This document shows positions 1 to 9,187 of a stretch of 64,000 nt of DNA, in pieces. The notes under the pieces are model-generated. The model did no database searches and was not told the DNA's origin. It was given only the letters and a program-made list of their open reading frames with translations. This stretch comes from Nitrospirota bacterium (GTDB lineage Bacteria > Nitrospirota > UBA9217). The first letter of the stretch is position 1. Each line of letters begins with the position of its first letter. Made by a program: the position numbers and the translations under genes. The stretch is from NCBI GenBank assembly GCA_963754875.1, contig CAVWHO010000016.1, positions 288,001 to 352,000 on the forward strand, in the 5' to 3' direction.

Positions 1-136
1 TTTTCTTCAGCGCCCATTCATTTTCTCGTTTTAAAGCCCAACTTGTTTATCTTCATGTTATCGTGAGAAATATGATAGCATGCGTTACAGGTGTGGTCAA
101 TGCTTTAAAGAAAAACTTGGTTCTGCGCCGTTCTGT

Positions 137-547
137 TTACTTGAGGTCAATGCGGCGCCTTTGCGCCAGATACCCCCCGGCCATCCCGGCCGGAAGCATA
201 CCAACGAACCCTGCGATATCGAACCATGTCGGGATGCCGCCTTCCCGGAAGATCAGCGCAACGATCATTCCGAGGGCCGCGACCAGCACTCCGTGCAGGA
301 CCTCTGCCCGGTCTGCCATTCTGCCGGCGACGTACCCGCCAAGGACAGTGCAGCCCAGGCCGACGATGAGTCCCAGCAGCAGGCCGCTCATGCTCTTCAT
401 CCGGTTCATGACCTCTCCCTCGGAAAGGCCTTTTGACAAAAGCGTGCTCGCCAGGATCGCCATAAAGAGCAAGGTCCCTGCGTTGTCCACGAGTGCCCCG
501 ACAATGACAGCCTTGAACTTGATATCGGAAAGTTTAGGCATCGGCAT
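137..547 (-). CDS. Small integral membrane protein (about 4 TM), unknown function
   Basis: ORF 137..571; ATG at 547 follows GAGGA; four hydrophobic Gly-rich segments. Confidence 0.6.
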   Translation of the reverse strand: MPMPKLSDIKFKAVIVGALVDNAGTLLFMAILASTLLSKGLSEGEVMNRMKSMSGLLLGLIVGLGCTVLGGYVAGRMADRAEVLHGVLVAALGMIVALIFREGGIPTWFDIAGFVGMLPAGMAGGYLAQRRRIDLK

Positions 548-580
548 ATACGTCCTCAGTTCGTAGGTCACGTTTCGAGA

Positions 581-600
581 CGTTGCTCTACCCGACCTAC
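581..600 (-). repeat. Partial GTAG-family REP-like element
   Basis: Minus strand GTAGGTCGGGTAGAGCAACG; same GTAGGTCGGGTA head as 23358. Confidence 0.35.
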
Positions 601-635
601 CCGGCTGATGTGTGTGAGCCTCCAGCGCAGAGCGC

Positions 636-1094
636 TTAGACTGCTACCTTCACCACGATCTTTCTCACCAGGCACACCCGTTCAGTTGCAAGTCGCGGTG
701 CATGGCCATCTTCGGGCCAGAGCACGGCAAGCTGCCCGGCAACGAGACGTACGGGCGACCATTTCCCCGGCTCCATCAATCCGTAACAGACGTCCTGGCC
801 TTCGTCATAGTTGAACGACGCAGTCATCCCGTCCGCTGGCGCCCATCCTATGATCTCCTCGCCGGAAAGAATGTACTGCAGATCAATGTACTTCCGGTGG
901 TATTCGAACTTCGGCGCCTCGAAGTGGGCGGTCCGATACCGCTGGAGAATGGCAAAGACGCGCTTCTCCTCGATGGGAACGTTACCGTCCGGTAGGTCAA
1001 GAAGGTCCGTTCGGCGCAGGAAATCGATGGCCTGCTGCATCGAGTGGGTCATCAGTATCTGCCGATCAATATGCTTGAGGTCCGTGACGATCAT
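636..1094 (-). CDS. YhcH/YjgK/YiaL (DUF386) family protein
   Basis: EYHRKYIDLQY and WPEDGHAP...RKIVVKV motifs; SD GGGAGGAG before ATG 1094. Confidence 0.85.
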   Translation of the reverse strand: MIVTDLKHIDRQILMTHSMQQAIDFLRRTDLLDLPDGNVPIEEKRVFAILQRYRTAHFEAPKFEYHRKYIDLQYILSGEEIIGWAPADGMTASFNYDEGQDVCYGLMEPGKWSPVRLVAGQLAVLWPEDGHAPRLATERVCLVRKIVVKVAV

Positions 1095-1285
1095 CGCTCT
1101 CCTCCCTGCCGCACAGAAGAATCCTCGTCCTTGGGACTCGTAGTCTTCGGAATAAGTCCACTTAGGACACATCGTCCAAAAATGTCCATTTCTTTAGGCC
1201 AATGCCGCTGCGTTCAACCAAAAACGGCGGTTTCGATCACCGTAGGTTCAGCAAGAGAAATGTACAGGGGTCGTTCAATAGACGT

Positions 1286-1594
1286 TCAGAAAGTTTCGTA
1301 GACCTCGTACATTCCCGGCTCGAATCTAGCTATTGATAGTGCCTCTTCCAGATAAGGAGTAGGAGTCTTACGCATGGTTTGATAGTCGTCTGCGCTCTGC
1401 CATTGTGCATACATGGTGACCTTGGTACCGTCAAGACCGCGATGAAGGCTGGCTGAAACAAAGCCCTTGGCGCGACGTACAGAGGTCTCTGTGGCTCTGG
1501 CAAGCAAATCCAGAAGCTGTTGCTGGTTTACAGGCTCAACGATGAAGACGTTGATGATTGTTATAAGTTTATTGTTTTTTGAGATCGTTGGTAT
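1286..1594 (-). CDS. Antibiotic biosynthesis monooxygenase (ABM) family protein, apparent ATA start
   Basis: INVFIVEP, GFVSASLH, MYAQW motifs; AGGAGG 7 nt before ATA at 1594. Confidence 0.75.
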   Translation of the reverse strand: MPTISKNNKLITIINVFIVEPVNQQQLLDLLARATETSVRRAKGFVSASLHRGLDGTKVTMYAQWQSADDYQTMRKTPTPYLEEALSIARFEPGMYEVYETF

Positions 1595-1670
1595 GGCTAA
1601 TCCTCCTATTGTATTGCTGTAGTTGGCAGCCAAAAGTTGCGTGTCAAGTCATAGCCTCGTTTTTTTGGAA

Positions 1671-1724
1671 GCCTAACGCGAGGGTCAGGCGCTGTCAAGC
1701 GTCGCCTGCACCTTCTTGTTGGCC
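1671..1724 (-). mobile_element. Integron attC recombination site (no integrase in window)
   Basis: GGCCAAC-5nt-GGTGCAGG...CCTGACC-5nt-GTTAGGC; L boxes pair with one extrahelical G; R' fits GTTRRRY. Confidence 0.75.
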
Positions 1725-2231
1725 ATCCGCTTTGAATGCTTCATGGAACGTGACGGTTCCCTGCGGAATATGTCCATCAAAAGACAGAGCGAAGAAGACC
1801 TCCTGTGGCACTCCCTCATGCACAAGTCCCGGCACGTTCTTGAACCCGAATTTTCTGTAGTAATCCGGATGCCCCACAAGACACACTCCTTGAGCATGCA
1901 GGCTTTTCAGCCGTGACAAACCCTCCTCGATCAACGCTTTGCCTATACCCTGCCGCTGGTACTCCGGCAACACTGACACAGGTCCAAGCCCGTACCAGTT
2001 CTTAGTCCCGTCCGAAATGGTCACGGGTGAGAAGGCGATGTGTCCTACAACCCGGCCATCAACTTCTGCGACCAGCGATACTGTTAGGGACTTAGCGGCG
2101 CGTAGTGCCGCGATGATGAACTGCTCTGTGTGACTGCTGATCTCCAGGGTCTTAAATGCAGAGACGGTCACATCCCTTATCGTGTCAACATCAGCGGCTG
2201 TCTCGCACCTGATAACGACCTTTGGATTCAT
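1695..2231 (-). CDS. GNAT N-acetyltransferase (YhbS-like)
   Basis: LGPVSVLPEYQRQGIGKAL acetyl-CoA motif; GHPDYYRKFGF. Confidence 0.9.
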   Translation of the reverse strand: MNPKVVIRCETAADVDTIRDVTVSAFKTLEISSHTEQFIIAALRAAKSLTVSLVAEVDGRVVGHIAFSPVTISDGTKNWYGLGPVSVLPEYQRQGIGKALIEEGLSRLKSLHAQGVCLVGHPDYYRKFGFKNVPGLVHEGVPQEVFFALSFDGHIPQGTVTFHEAFKADGQQEGAGDA

Positions 2232-2319
2232 AGATTCCGCCTTGATTAAAGGTGATGCCTATTGATCGTCCACAATGACGAACATGCGGGTTACTTACAG
2301 TTCTTTTTTATAGTTTTTT

Positions 2320-2544
2320 TTACTTTGAAATAAGCAGAGGCAATAAAACTTCTAAAAAGAAAAGTCCCCCGAGAATGATAAAGACTATCAGCATTATACG
2401 ATTTGTCTTCTTGACAGTTTTCTTAAGTTCATTTTTTGGCATCGGCGATCGTTTGATTCCTGCATCTCGCAGTATTTCTCCTGCACGATCTGTACAGGGC
2501 ATGGTCGGATCGTGATGCGCTCCGCATATAGGGCAGAAACTCAT
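2320..2544 (-). CDS. Small protein with N-terminal CxxC/His/Cys cluster and C-terminal TM helix
   Basis: CPICGAHH...C; hydrophobic C-terminus; SD GGAG. Confidence 0.55.
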   Translation of the reverse strand: MSFCPICGAHHDPTMPCTDRAGEILRDAGIKRSPMPKNELKKTVKKTNRIMLIVFIILGGLFFLEVLLPLLISK

Positions 2545-2758
2545 AGCTGACTCCGTAAGAGATAATTCATAGTAGATCTTTCATTTAACCAGTGATTGAG
2601 CAGTTAGCGCCTGGCATCCAATATTAGATACTTTCGAGGCATATAGTATTATATGCTTTTGAATCTTTCAGTTGCTTGCAGAGGCATCTAATACTATATG
2701 CTTTTTACGTACAGTACCTGCCCTTTTGAATGAGTCAGTCCGATCACGGTCTTCCGGT

Positions 2759-4132
2759 CTAAAATAGCCTTTCCATCGCCTCATCCACAGTCCGCACACC
2801 CATGAGTTCCATCTTCTTAACCGCTGCGGACTTCTCCATCTTCTCGACGTTGAGCATCGGCAGCACGCAACGCGTAAACCCGAGCTTCGCAGCGTCTTTG
2901 ATCCTCGACTCCGCCTGGCTGATGGCGCGCACTTCGCCTGCAAGTCCCACCTCGCCCATAACCACGGTCTGGGCATTGATGGCCTTCTCACGGAAGCTCG
3001 ACGCCACGGCAGCGATCACGCCGAGGTCGATGGCAGGCTCATCGATCTTCAGCCCGCCTACGATGTTCACGAACACATCCATGCCCATGAGGTGCATGCC
3101 CACACGCTTTTCAAGCACAGCGAGCAGAAGAGAGACACGATTGAAGTCCACGCCGATGCAGGTCCGCCTGGGCATGGTGAGCTTCGACGGCGCCACGAGC
3201 GCCTGGAGCTCGGCAAGGATCGGCCGAGAGCCTTCCATAGACGAAACCACGACCGAGCCCGTGGCATCGGCAGGCCGCTCGGCAAGGAACAGCTCCGACG
3301 GATTGGCCACTTCGGCAAGGCCGCCCTCCTTCATTTCGAACACGCCGATCTCGTTCGTGCTTCCGAAGCGGTTCTTGACTGCCCGCAGCACGCGAAACGA
3401 ATGTCCCTTATCTCCCTCGAAATAGAGCACCGTGTCCACGATATGTTCGAGCACCCGCGGCCCGGCAATCGCTCCGTCCTTGGTCACGTGTCCGATGAGG
3501 AACGTGGGCACGCCTGTTTTTTTGGCGTGGATCATGAGCCTGCCCGAAACCTCGCGTACCTGGCCCACGCTTCCCGGTGCAGACGGAAGCTCAGGCGTGA
3601 ACATTGTCTGGATGGAATCGATGACAAGCACCTGCGGCTGGAGACCGTCGGAAGCGTGGAGAATATCTTCAAGCTGCGTCTCGGCAAGGACATAGAGGTT
3701 GTCGGTCTTAACGCCGAGTCGCAGCGCGCGCATTTTGATCTGGGACGGCGATTCTTCGCCGGACACGTAGAGCGCCTTGCCCCGGAGCTCCAAGACCTGT
3801 TTGAGCATCTGAAGGACAAGCGTGGACTTCCCGATGCCCGGGTCACCGCCGATAAGGACCACGGAGCCGGCAACGATCCCGCCGCCGAGCACGCGGTCCA
3901 GTTCGCCGATCTTCGTCACGAAGCGGTCTTCGTCCTTGGCCTGGATCTCTCCGAGCAAGAGCGGCTCCGACCCGGCCGCTCGCTTCGCGCTCCCGAGGTC
4001 CTTGGGCCGTTCCATCTGCTCTTCGACCATGGTGTTCCACGCCCCGCAGTCCGGGCACTTGCCCATCCACCGCGGAGACTGGCTGCCGCAGGACTGGCAC
4101 ACATAAACGGTTTTGGTTTTCGATGGCTTCAT
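2759..4132 (-). CDS. radA: DNA repair protein RadA/Sms
   Basis: C4 zinc finger, Walker A GGDPGIGKST, KNRFG motif. Confidence 0.97.
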   Translation of the reverse strand: MKPSKTKTVYVCQSCGSQSPRWMGKCPDCGAWNTMVEEQMERPKDLGSAKRAAGSEPLLLGEIQAKDEDRFVTKIGELDRVLGGGIVAGSVVLIGGDPGIGKSTLVLQMLKQVLELRGKALYVSGEESPSQIKMRALRLGVKTDNLYVLAETQLEDILHASDGLQPQVLVIDSIQTMFTPELPSAPGSVGQVREVSGRLMIHAKKTGVPTFLIGHVTKDGAIAGPRVLEHIVDTVLYFEGDKGHSFRVLRAVKNRFGSTNEIGVFEMKEGGLAEVANPSELFLAERPADATGSVVVSSMEGSRPILAELQALVAPSKLTMPRRTCIGVDFNRVSLLLAVLEKRVGMHLMGMDVFVNIVGGLKIDEPAIDLGVIAAVASSFREKAINAQTVVMGEVGLAGEVRAISQAESRIKDAAKLGFTRCVLPMLNVEKMEKSAAVKKMELMGVRTVDEAMERLF

Positions 4133-4139
4133 GCAAAGT

Positions 4140-4168
4140 ATTCTATTGGTTCATGGCAGGATTGTCAA
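4140..4168 (-). promoter_or_regulatory. sigma70 promoter of radA, likely leaderless
   Basis: TTGACA-17-TAGAAT, then 7 nt to ATG; no SD. Confidence 0.7.
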
Positions 4169-4234
4169 CGCCATTTGCAGCGTGCGTGGTGCGGTACGGG
4201 ATGAGGCGCTGTCACTTTTCATAATTTACCGCCG

Positions 4235-4460
4235 CTACAGCGGGTCGTTGTCCAGGGCTTCCCGCACCCGTGCGACGAGATCTTTCGAGGAAAAAGGTTT
4301 CATGTTAAACCGCTGCCCCTTATCAAGCAATCTCCCTGTTCTGGATCAGGTCCTCAGAGTATCCGCTCGCAAACAACGCTTTCACTTTTGACTTTTTTTC
4401 CCTGTTCGCAGTGTAAGCCTCTATGCCGTTCATTCTCGGCATGATCACGTCGAGGATCAA
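4235..4460 (-). pseudogene. Remnant of a response-regulator receiver domain
   Basis: Reads LILDVIMPRMNG...ALFASGYSED, frameshift, ...MKPFSSKDLVARVREAL*; no start. Confidence 0.7.
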
Positions 4461-4488
4461 ATATCGAAACAAAAGAATAGGCCCGGCA

Positions 4489-4504
4489 GGGTATTTTTAG
4501 GGTA
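4489..4504 (-). promoter_or_regulatory. TACCC-N6-TACCC direct-repeat motif, copy 1
   Basis: TACCCTAAAAATACCC, identical to 51452..51467. Confidence 0.5.
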
Positions 4505-4511
4505 TGGTTGG

Positions 4512-5000
4512 TCAGAGGCTTAATACGCGGTCTTTCCGCTTAAACAGGACGACATCATAGGGCATGATGTCGTCAACTGACCTACGTTCCAGCTCAACGA
4601 ATTGAGCAGGGATGTCGGGGAAAAAAGCGTCCCCCTCGATCTCCCGGTGGATAATAGTGAGATAAATTTTATCCACCTGGGCAATAGTCTCGCGAAAAAC
4701 GACTTCACCACCGCAGATGAATGCCTCGTTCGCCCCGGCGCATGCGGCAAAGGCCGCGGCCAGGTCGTGGACGACAGTACACCCGGGAGCGGAATAGTCC
4801 TTTCGGTGTGTAAGTACAATGTTCGTTCTCAGGGAGAGCGGCCGACCGATACTTTCGAAGGTCTTTCTTCCCAGGATGACCGGATGCCCCCGGGTGATCC
4901 TGTGGAACCGTCTCCGGTCCGTGGGCAGGTCCCAGGGCATTTTATTATTCAGACCGATCACGCGGTTCTCGGCCATGGCGGCGATGATGGAAATGATCAT
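4512..5000 (-). CDS. folA: Dihydrofolate reductase
   Basis: ENRVIG..MPW.LP.D, GRKTFESIGRPL, EGDAFFP. Confidence 0.95.
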   Translation of the reverse strand: MIISIIAAMAENRVIGLNNKMPWDLPTDRRRFHRITRGHPVILGRKTFESIGRPLSLRTNIVLTHRKDYSAPGCTVVHDLAAAFAACAGANEAFICGGEVVFRETIAQVDKIYLTIIHREIEGDAFFPDIPAQFVELERRSVDDIMPYDVVLFKRKDRVLSL

Positions 5001-5076
5001 GGTCCTCAGTGCTAAGATGGCGATTCCTGAGAAATGCGGCCTCTTTTCAGTATTTAATCATATTATACCTGATTAT

Positions 5077-6327
5077 TCAACATGAACAAGTGTCCTCCTC
5101 GATAAACCTCGCACAGACAAAACAAAAAACCGCCGCCACCAGGATCATACCGGGTGTAATCATGAGCGCGGCCCTCAACCCTCGCAAATCCGAGATCCAC
5201 CCGAGCACGGTGGGCGAAACAGCGTCTCCCAGCGCGTGGATAAAAAAGATGTTCAGGGCAAAAGCCATGGCGCGCATACCCGGCCGGGTCACGTTTACAA
5301 TCACGGTGTTGAGCGGCCCCGTATTCAGGAACAGGAAAAATTCTGCAAAGAACATTGCCGCGATGCATCCGGAGAGCGAATGCGTAAGCAGCGACCATGC
5401 CGTGATCGGCGCACCGAGGAGGAACCCCCAGCCTGAGACCATCAAATACCCTCTGCCGTGCTTCTTCTGAAAATGATCGCCGAGCCACCCGCCGGTCAGC
5501 GTGCCGCTTATCCCTGCAACTACCGTGATGCCTCCGAACAGCGTATTCGCTTTTGCCACATCCAGCCCGTGTTCACGAAAGAGGAACGTGGGCATCCATT
5601 GGGCAAGCCCTCCAAGCGCGAACGTCATGGCCGCCATGGCCAACGTGTTCAAAACGAACGAGCGGTTCGAGAAGAGCGATCGGTAGCTGTTTCCCGTACC
5701 CGCTGCGGGGTACGGTGCATGCGCTTCCCTTCCTCCCCGGACAGGCTCGTGCAGAAGCCAGAGTGGGATCGTAAGCAACAATCCGGGAACGCCTGTTAGG
5801 AGAAAGGCCGCATGCCAGCCGAACAGGTGTCCTAAAACGCCGCCAAGGAGATATCCCAGCGCACTGCCTACGGGAATCGCAAGAAAGAAATAGGACAAGA
5901 CGCGGCCGCGAAGTTCCCGGGGGTAGTAATCGGCAAGGAGTCCCGGCGATACGGTGCCGAAGCTTGCCTCGCCGATGCCCACGGTCGTGCGGGCAGCAAA
6001 GAGCGCTGAGTAGCCGGCAGCAAAACCGGCCCCGCCAGTGGCAAAGCTCCAGATTGCAAGGCCTCCTGCAGCGAGCTTTACCCGGCTCATCCGGTCGCCG
6101 AGCCATCCGAGAATCGGCGCAGATACCATGTAGCAGACCATGAAAGCGCTGCCGAGAAAGCCAAGAGCGGTATCAGAAAGATGAAAATCTTCTTTGATCA
6201 AAGGAAAGACTGCATACAGGACCTGGCGGTCGATATAGTTCAGGAGGTTGACGGAGAGGAGAAGCAACATGGCGTAGCGGCCATAGTTAGCAGGCATTTG
6301 ATATTTTTCAGATTCATCATATCGCAT
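5077..6327 (-). CDS. MFS transporter (Spinster-like)
   Basis: NYIDRQ, GWLGDRMSR motif A, about 12 TM. Confidence 0.9.
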   Translation of the reverse strand: MRYDESEKYQMPANYGRYAMLLLLSVNLLNYIDRQVLYAVFPLIKEDFHLSDTALGFLGSAFMVCYMVSAPILGWLGDRMSRVKLAAGGLAIWSFATGGAGFAAGYSALFAARTTVGIGEASFGTVSPGLLADYYPRELRGRVLSYFFLAIPVGSALGYLLGGVLGHLFGWHAAFLLTGVPGLLLTIPLWLLHEPVRGGREAHAPYPAAGTGNSYRSLFSNRSFVLNTLAMAAMTFALGGLAQWMPTFLFREHGLDVAKANTLFGGITVVAGISGTLTGGWLGDHFQKKHGRGYLMVSGWGFLLGAPITAWSLLTHSLSGCIAAMFFAEFFLFLNTGPLNTVIVNVTRPGMRAMAFALNIFFIHALGDAVSPTVLGWISDLRGLRAALMITPGMILVAAVFCFVCARFIEEDTCSC

Positions 6328-6452
6328 GAGTTATTTACAGTGATGTTCGTCATCAAGAATCAGCGATTGAGCACGGGTTTTGTAAACTGCGTCGAAATTT
6401 CTATGGTACGTTTTTCGACTTTCGACGGTACGCTGGCCACTCTTGTTCGAAA

Positions 6453-7157
6453 TCACATCTTTCCCTCAAGGTACTTTTTCCTTTTTCTCTCAGGGAACCG
6501 CTCGATCGCATACCGCAGCATGGTTCGCGGCATTATTCTATAATGCCGTTGCAAGAACTTCTCCTCGGCTCGCAGATCGCGCTTCCCGACCTCTCGCAGC
6601 ATCCAGCCGACCGCCTTGTGGATCAGGTCATGTTCATCGTTCAGGAGTAGTCGGGAGATCTTCAGCGTGTCCGAAAAATCATTCTGCCTGATGAATGCAG
6701 ACGTTGCCAGGATCGCTATCCGCTTCTTCCAGAGGTCTCGTGAGGTTGCAAAGCGGTAGAGCGGCTGCCTGCCTTTGTCAAGGAGGTGCTGTCCCACGAT
6801 GTTCGGGGCTGAAAGATCAACAAGGTCCCAGTTGTTGATAAAGCGCGTATTTTTGAGGTAAAGGGAATAGATTTTCTTTTTTTCTGCATCATCGCCGTGA
6901 ACGTAAGCGCCCACGAGCAGGAAGAGCGCGAGCACCCTCTCTTCGTGAATTGACGATTGGAGAAGCGTCATCATATCGTCAACGGATGTATTTCGGCAGT
7001 CTTTGACAATTTTTCTGAGCACGGGAACGGTAAGACCCAGGAAAACATCGCCCTCGCCGTACTGTCCCGGCCCGGTTTTGAAAAAACCCTGAAGTAACTT
7101 GGCCTTATTCTTGTCAGCAAGTTTGCGGACTTTCTTTCGGATTTCAAGTAGCGTCAT
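6453..7157 (-). CDS. DNA alkylation repair protein (AlkD-like)
   Basis: FFKTGPGQYGEGD, INNWDLVD, KAVGWMLRE. Confidence 0.9.
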   Translation of the reverse strand: MTLLEIRKKVRKLADKNKAKLLQGFFKTGPGQYGEGDVFLGLTVPVLRKIVKDCRNTSVDDMMTLLQSSIHEERVLALFLLVGAYVHGDDAEKKKIYSLYLKNTRFINNWDLVDLSAPNIVGQHLLDKGRQPLYRFATSRDLWKKRIAILATSAFIRQNDFSDTLKISRLLLNDEHDLIHKAVGWMLREVGKRDLRAEEKFLQRHYRIMPRTMLRYAIERFPERKRKKYLEGKM

Positions 7158-7208
7158 GGAAACCCTCTGAATATCTTGGCCTCAATGCAAATAGAGAATA
7201 ACTTCATC

Positions 7209-7988
7209 TTATGTGCAGTTTCCCGCTGGCTTTTGCCGTATCTCCGAGGACTTCCGCGGCAACTGAGAGGCCTGTATGTTCTTCTCCTGATCCAAACGGC
7301 CCACAAGCGCAGGAAAAAAGGGCGGTACTTCTGAAGTGAAGGAGAGTTCCTTCCCGCTGAAGGGGTGCCTGAAAGATATCGACCGGGCGTGAAGCGCCAT
7401 GCGCGGCTGCGCGTCGTCTGCTTTTCCGTACTTGATATCGCCGACGATCGGGTGCCCGATGCCGGCCAGGTGGACCCGTATCTGGTTCTTCCTGCCCGTG
7501 TGGAGGGTGAGTTCCAACAAAGAATATCTTTTCGTCATCCGAAGCACGGTATATGCGGTTTGAGAGAGCTTGCCTTTGGTGCTGTCCGATGTCGTATAAA
7601 CGTTATACTGTTTATCCTCCGCCAGGTACGAAGTAATCGTGCCCGAACTCTTTTCACACCTGCCGTGCACAACGGCAAGGTACTTCTTCTCGGTCTCTTT
7701 CCATCGGTCCTGCAAACGGAACTTCGCTTCTTCGCTCTTCGCAAAGATAAGCGTCCCCGAGGTGTCCCGGTCCAGCCGGTGGACGACGAAAAGCTGTTTC
7801 CTGGATCTGCCGCAGCCCTTGCGGATGTAATCCGTCAGGATAGAATGTGCAGTGCGCGATTTTTCCCGTTCCGTCGCAACGGTCAGAAGGCCGGCAGGCT
7901 TGTCCACCACGAGGATGTCTTTGTCCTCGTACAGGACTGCGAGTCCTTTCGGCAAAAATTTCAAACTTGAGGATAATGGTTTCCGCAT
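7209..7988 (-). CDS. RluA family pseudouridine synthase
   Basis: VDKPAGLL, HRLDRDTSG, GRKNQIRVH, GHPIVGD. Confidence 0.92.
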   Translation of the reverse strand: MRKPLSSSLKFLPKGLAVLYEDKDILVVDKPAGLLTVATEREKSRTAHSILTDYIRKGCGRSRKQLFVVHRLDRDTSGTLIFAKSEEAKFRLQDRWKETEKKYLAVVHGRCEKSSGTITSYLAEDKQYNVYTTSDSTKGKLSQTAYTVLRMTKRYSLLELTLHTGRKNQIRVHLAGIGHPIVGDIKYGKADDAQPRMALHARSISFRHPFSGKELSFTSEVPPFFPALVGRLDQEKNIQASQLPRKSSEIRQKPAGNCT

Positions 7989-8133
7989 AGCAAATATTCT
8001 CTTATCAATTATCGGGTGTACTTGGGAAGTCGCAAAAGATTTAGCTGCCCTTCGGAAAGGACCCAATCGCGGCAAATTTCATCTAGGAAAAAGAACTGTC
8101 TCCAAACTCAATTAGCTGCGATATCATCTCGAC

Positions 8134-8952
8134 TTACGCGTATTCCGCGTGGTCCTCGCCGAAAACATAGTGGATGATCTCCCATGCTGTTTCTTCGATG
8201 GATTTATTCGTCGTGTCCACGACTTTCCAGCTCCGGTGTCGCTTAACGAGGTCCTGGACGAACTCGACTTCGGCAAAGACTTTCCTGAAGTCGCTGTAGC
8301 TGGATTTAAGCCCGAATTGTTTTTGGCGGGCCAGTCTCACTTTCTGGAGGGTCTCAGGGTCGACACTGAGACAGACGATCTTGTATTGGTCGATCTTGAA
8401 GAGCTCCTCCGGCAGGTCGATGCCCGGAACGATCGGCACGTTGGCGACCTTGTAACCCTCCTGGGCCAGGAAGAAGGAAGTCGGCGTCTTTGACGTCCGC
8501 GAGAGACCGACGATGACGATGTCCGCCTCCCTGAGGCGCTCGGCATCCCTGCCGTCGTCGTGTCCGAGCGTATATTCGATCGCCTCAATGCGTTTAAAGT
8601 ACCGTTCATCGACCTTTCTGAGCAGGCTCGGGGTTTCGAGCGGTTCCTGCTGCAGATAGGACCCGAGATTGTTTATGAGCGGACCTAATATGTCGAGATA
8701 GAACATGCTGTTCTTCACGCAATACTCGCTGGCGGAGTCCCTCATCTCTTTTTTGACGAACGTAAACGCGATCAGTGCCTTCTCGGACTTGGCCTGGAGA
8801 AGGACCTTTTTCAGACCGGCTTTTGAATCGATATCGTGAAAAAGTATTATCTTGGTGTGGGCATGTTCGAACTGCACCAGGGCCGCCCTCAAAATGTGCA
8901 GGCCGCTCTGGCCCGTGGCATCGGAAATGATATAAATTTTTTTTGCAGGCAT
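8134..8952 (-). CDS. PEP synthase/PPDK regulatory kinase-pyrophosphorylase (DUF299)
   Basis: SDATGQS, HDDG, GLSRTSKTPTS. Confidence 0.9.
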   Translation of the reverse strand: MPAKKIYIISDATGQSGLHILRAALVQFEHAHTKIILFHDIDSKAGLKKVLLQAKSEKALIAFTFVKKEMRDSASEYCVKNSMFYLDILGPLINNLGSYLQQEPLETPSLLRKVDERYFKRIEAIEYTLGHDDGRDAERLREADIVIVGLSRTSKTPTSFFLAQEGYKVANVPIVPGIDLPEELFKIDQYKIVCLSVDPETLQKVRLARQKQFGLKSSYSDFRKVFAEVEFVQDLVKRHRSWKVVDTTNKSIEETAWEIIHYVFGEDHAEYA

Positions 8953-9136
8953 TTTATGTTCTGTCCGTGAATCGATAATAGGATTACAACGTCTTTTTCT
9001 CCCGTAGTACCAGCGGGGGAAGATAATGGATACAGCGGGATGCTGCTTTCATAAATGACCATAGCAAATCAAAAACAGCCTGTCAACGAAAATAGGAACC
9101 AGGGCTTCAGCTCATCGGTCGGAGCTGGACAAAGAC

Positions 9137-9173
9137 CACGGGCGCAGAACATAATGTCCGCCCTGCGCCCGTG
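9137..9173. terminator. GC-rich hairpin, probable terminator of the hydrolase gene
   Basis: CACGGGCGCAG...CTGCGCCCGTG perfect 11-bp stem; weak U tract. Confidence 0.5.
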
Positions 9174-9187
9174 AAGAGAGGTACCTT

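Noticed and set aside
2255..2700. Further attC sites flanking the 2320..2544 gene
   Set aside because: Only partial boxes (GTTAAAT at 2583-2589, a short hairpin at 2264-2285); the geometry is incomplete.
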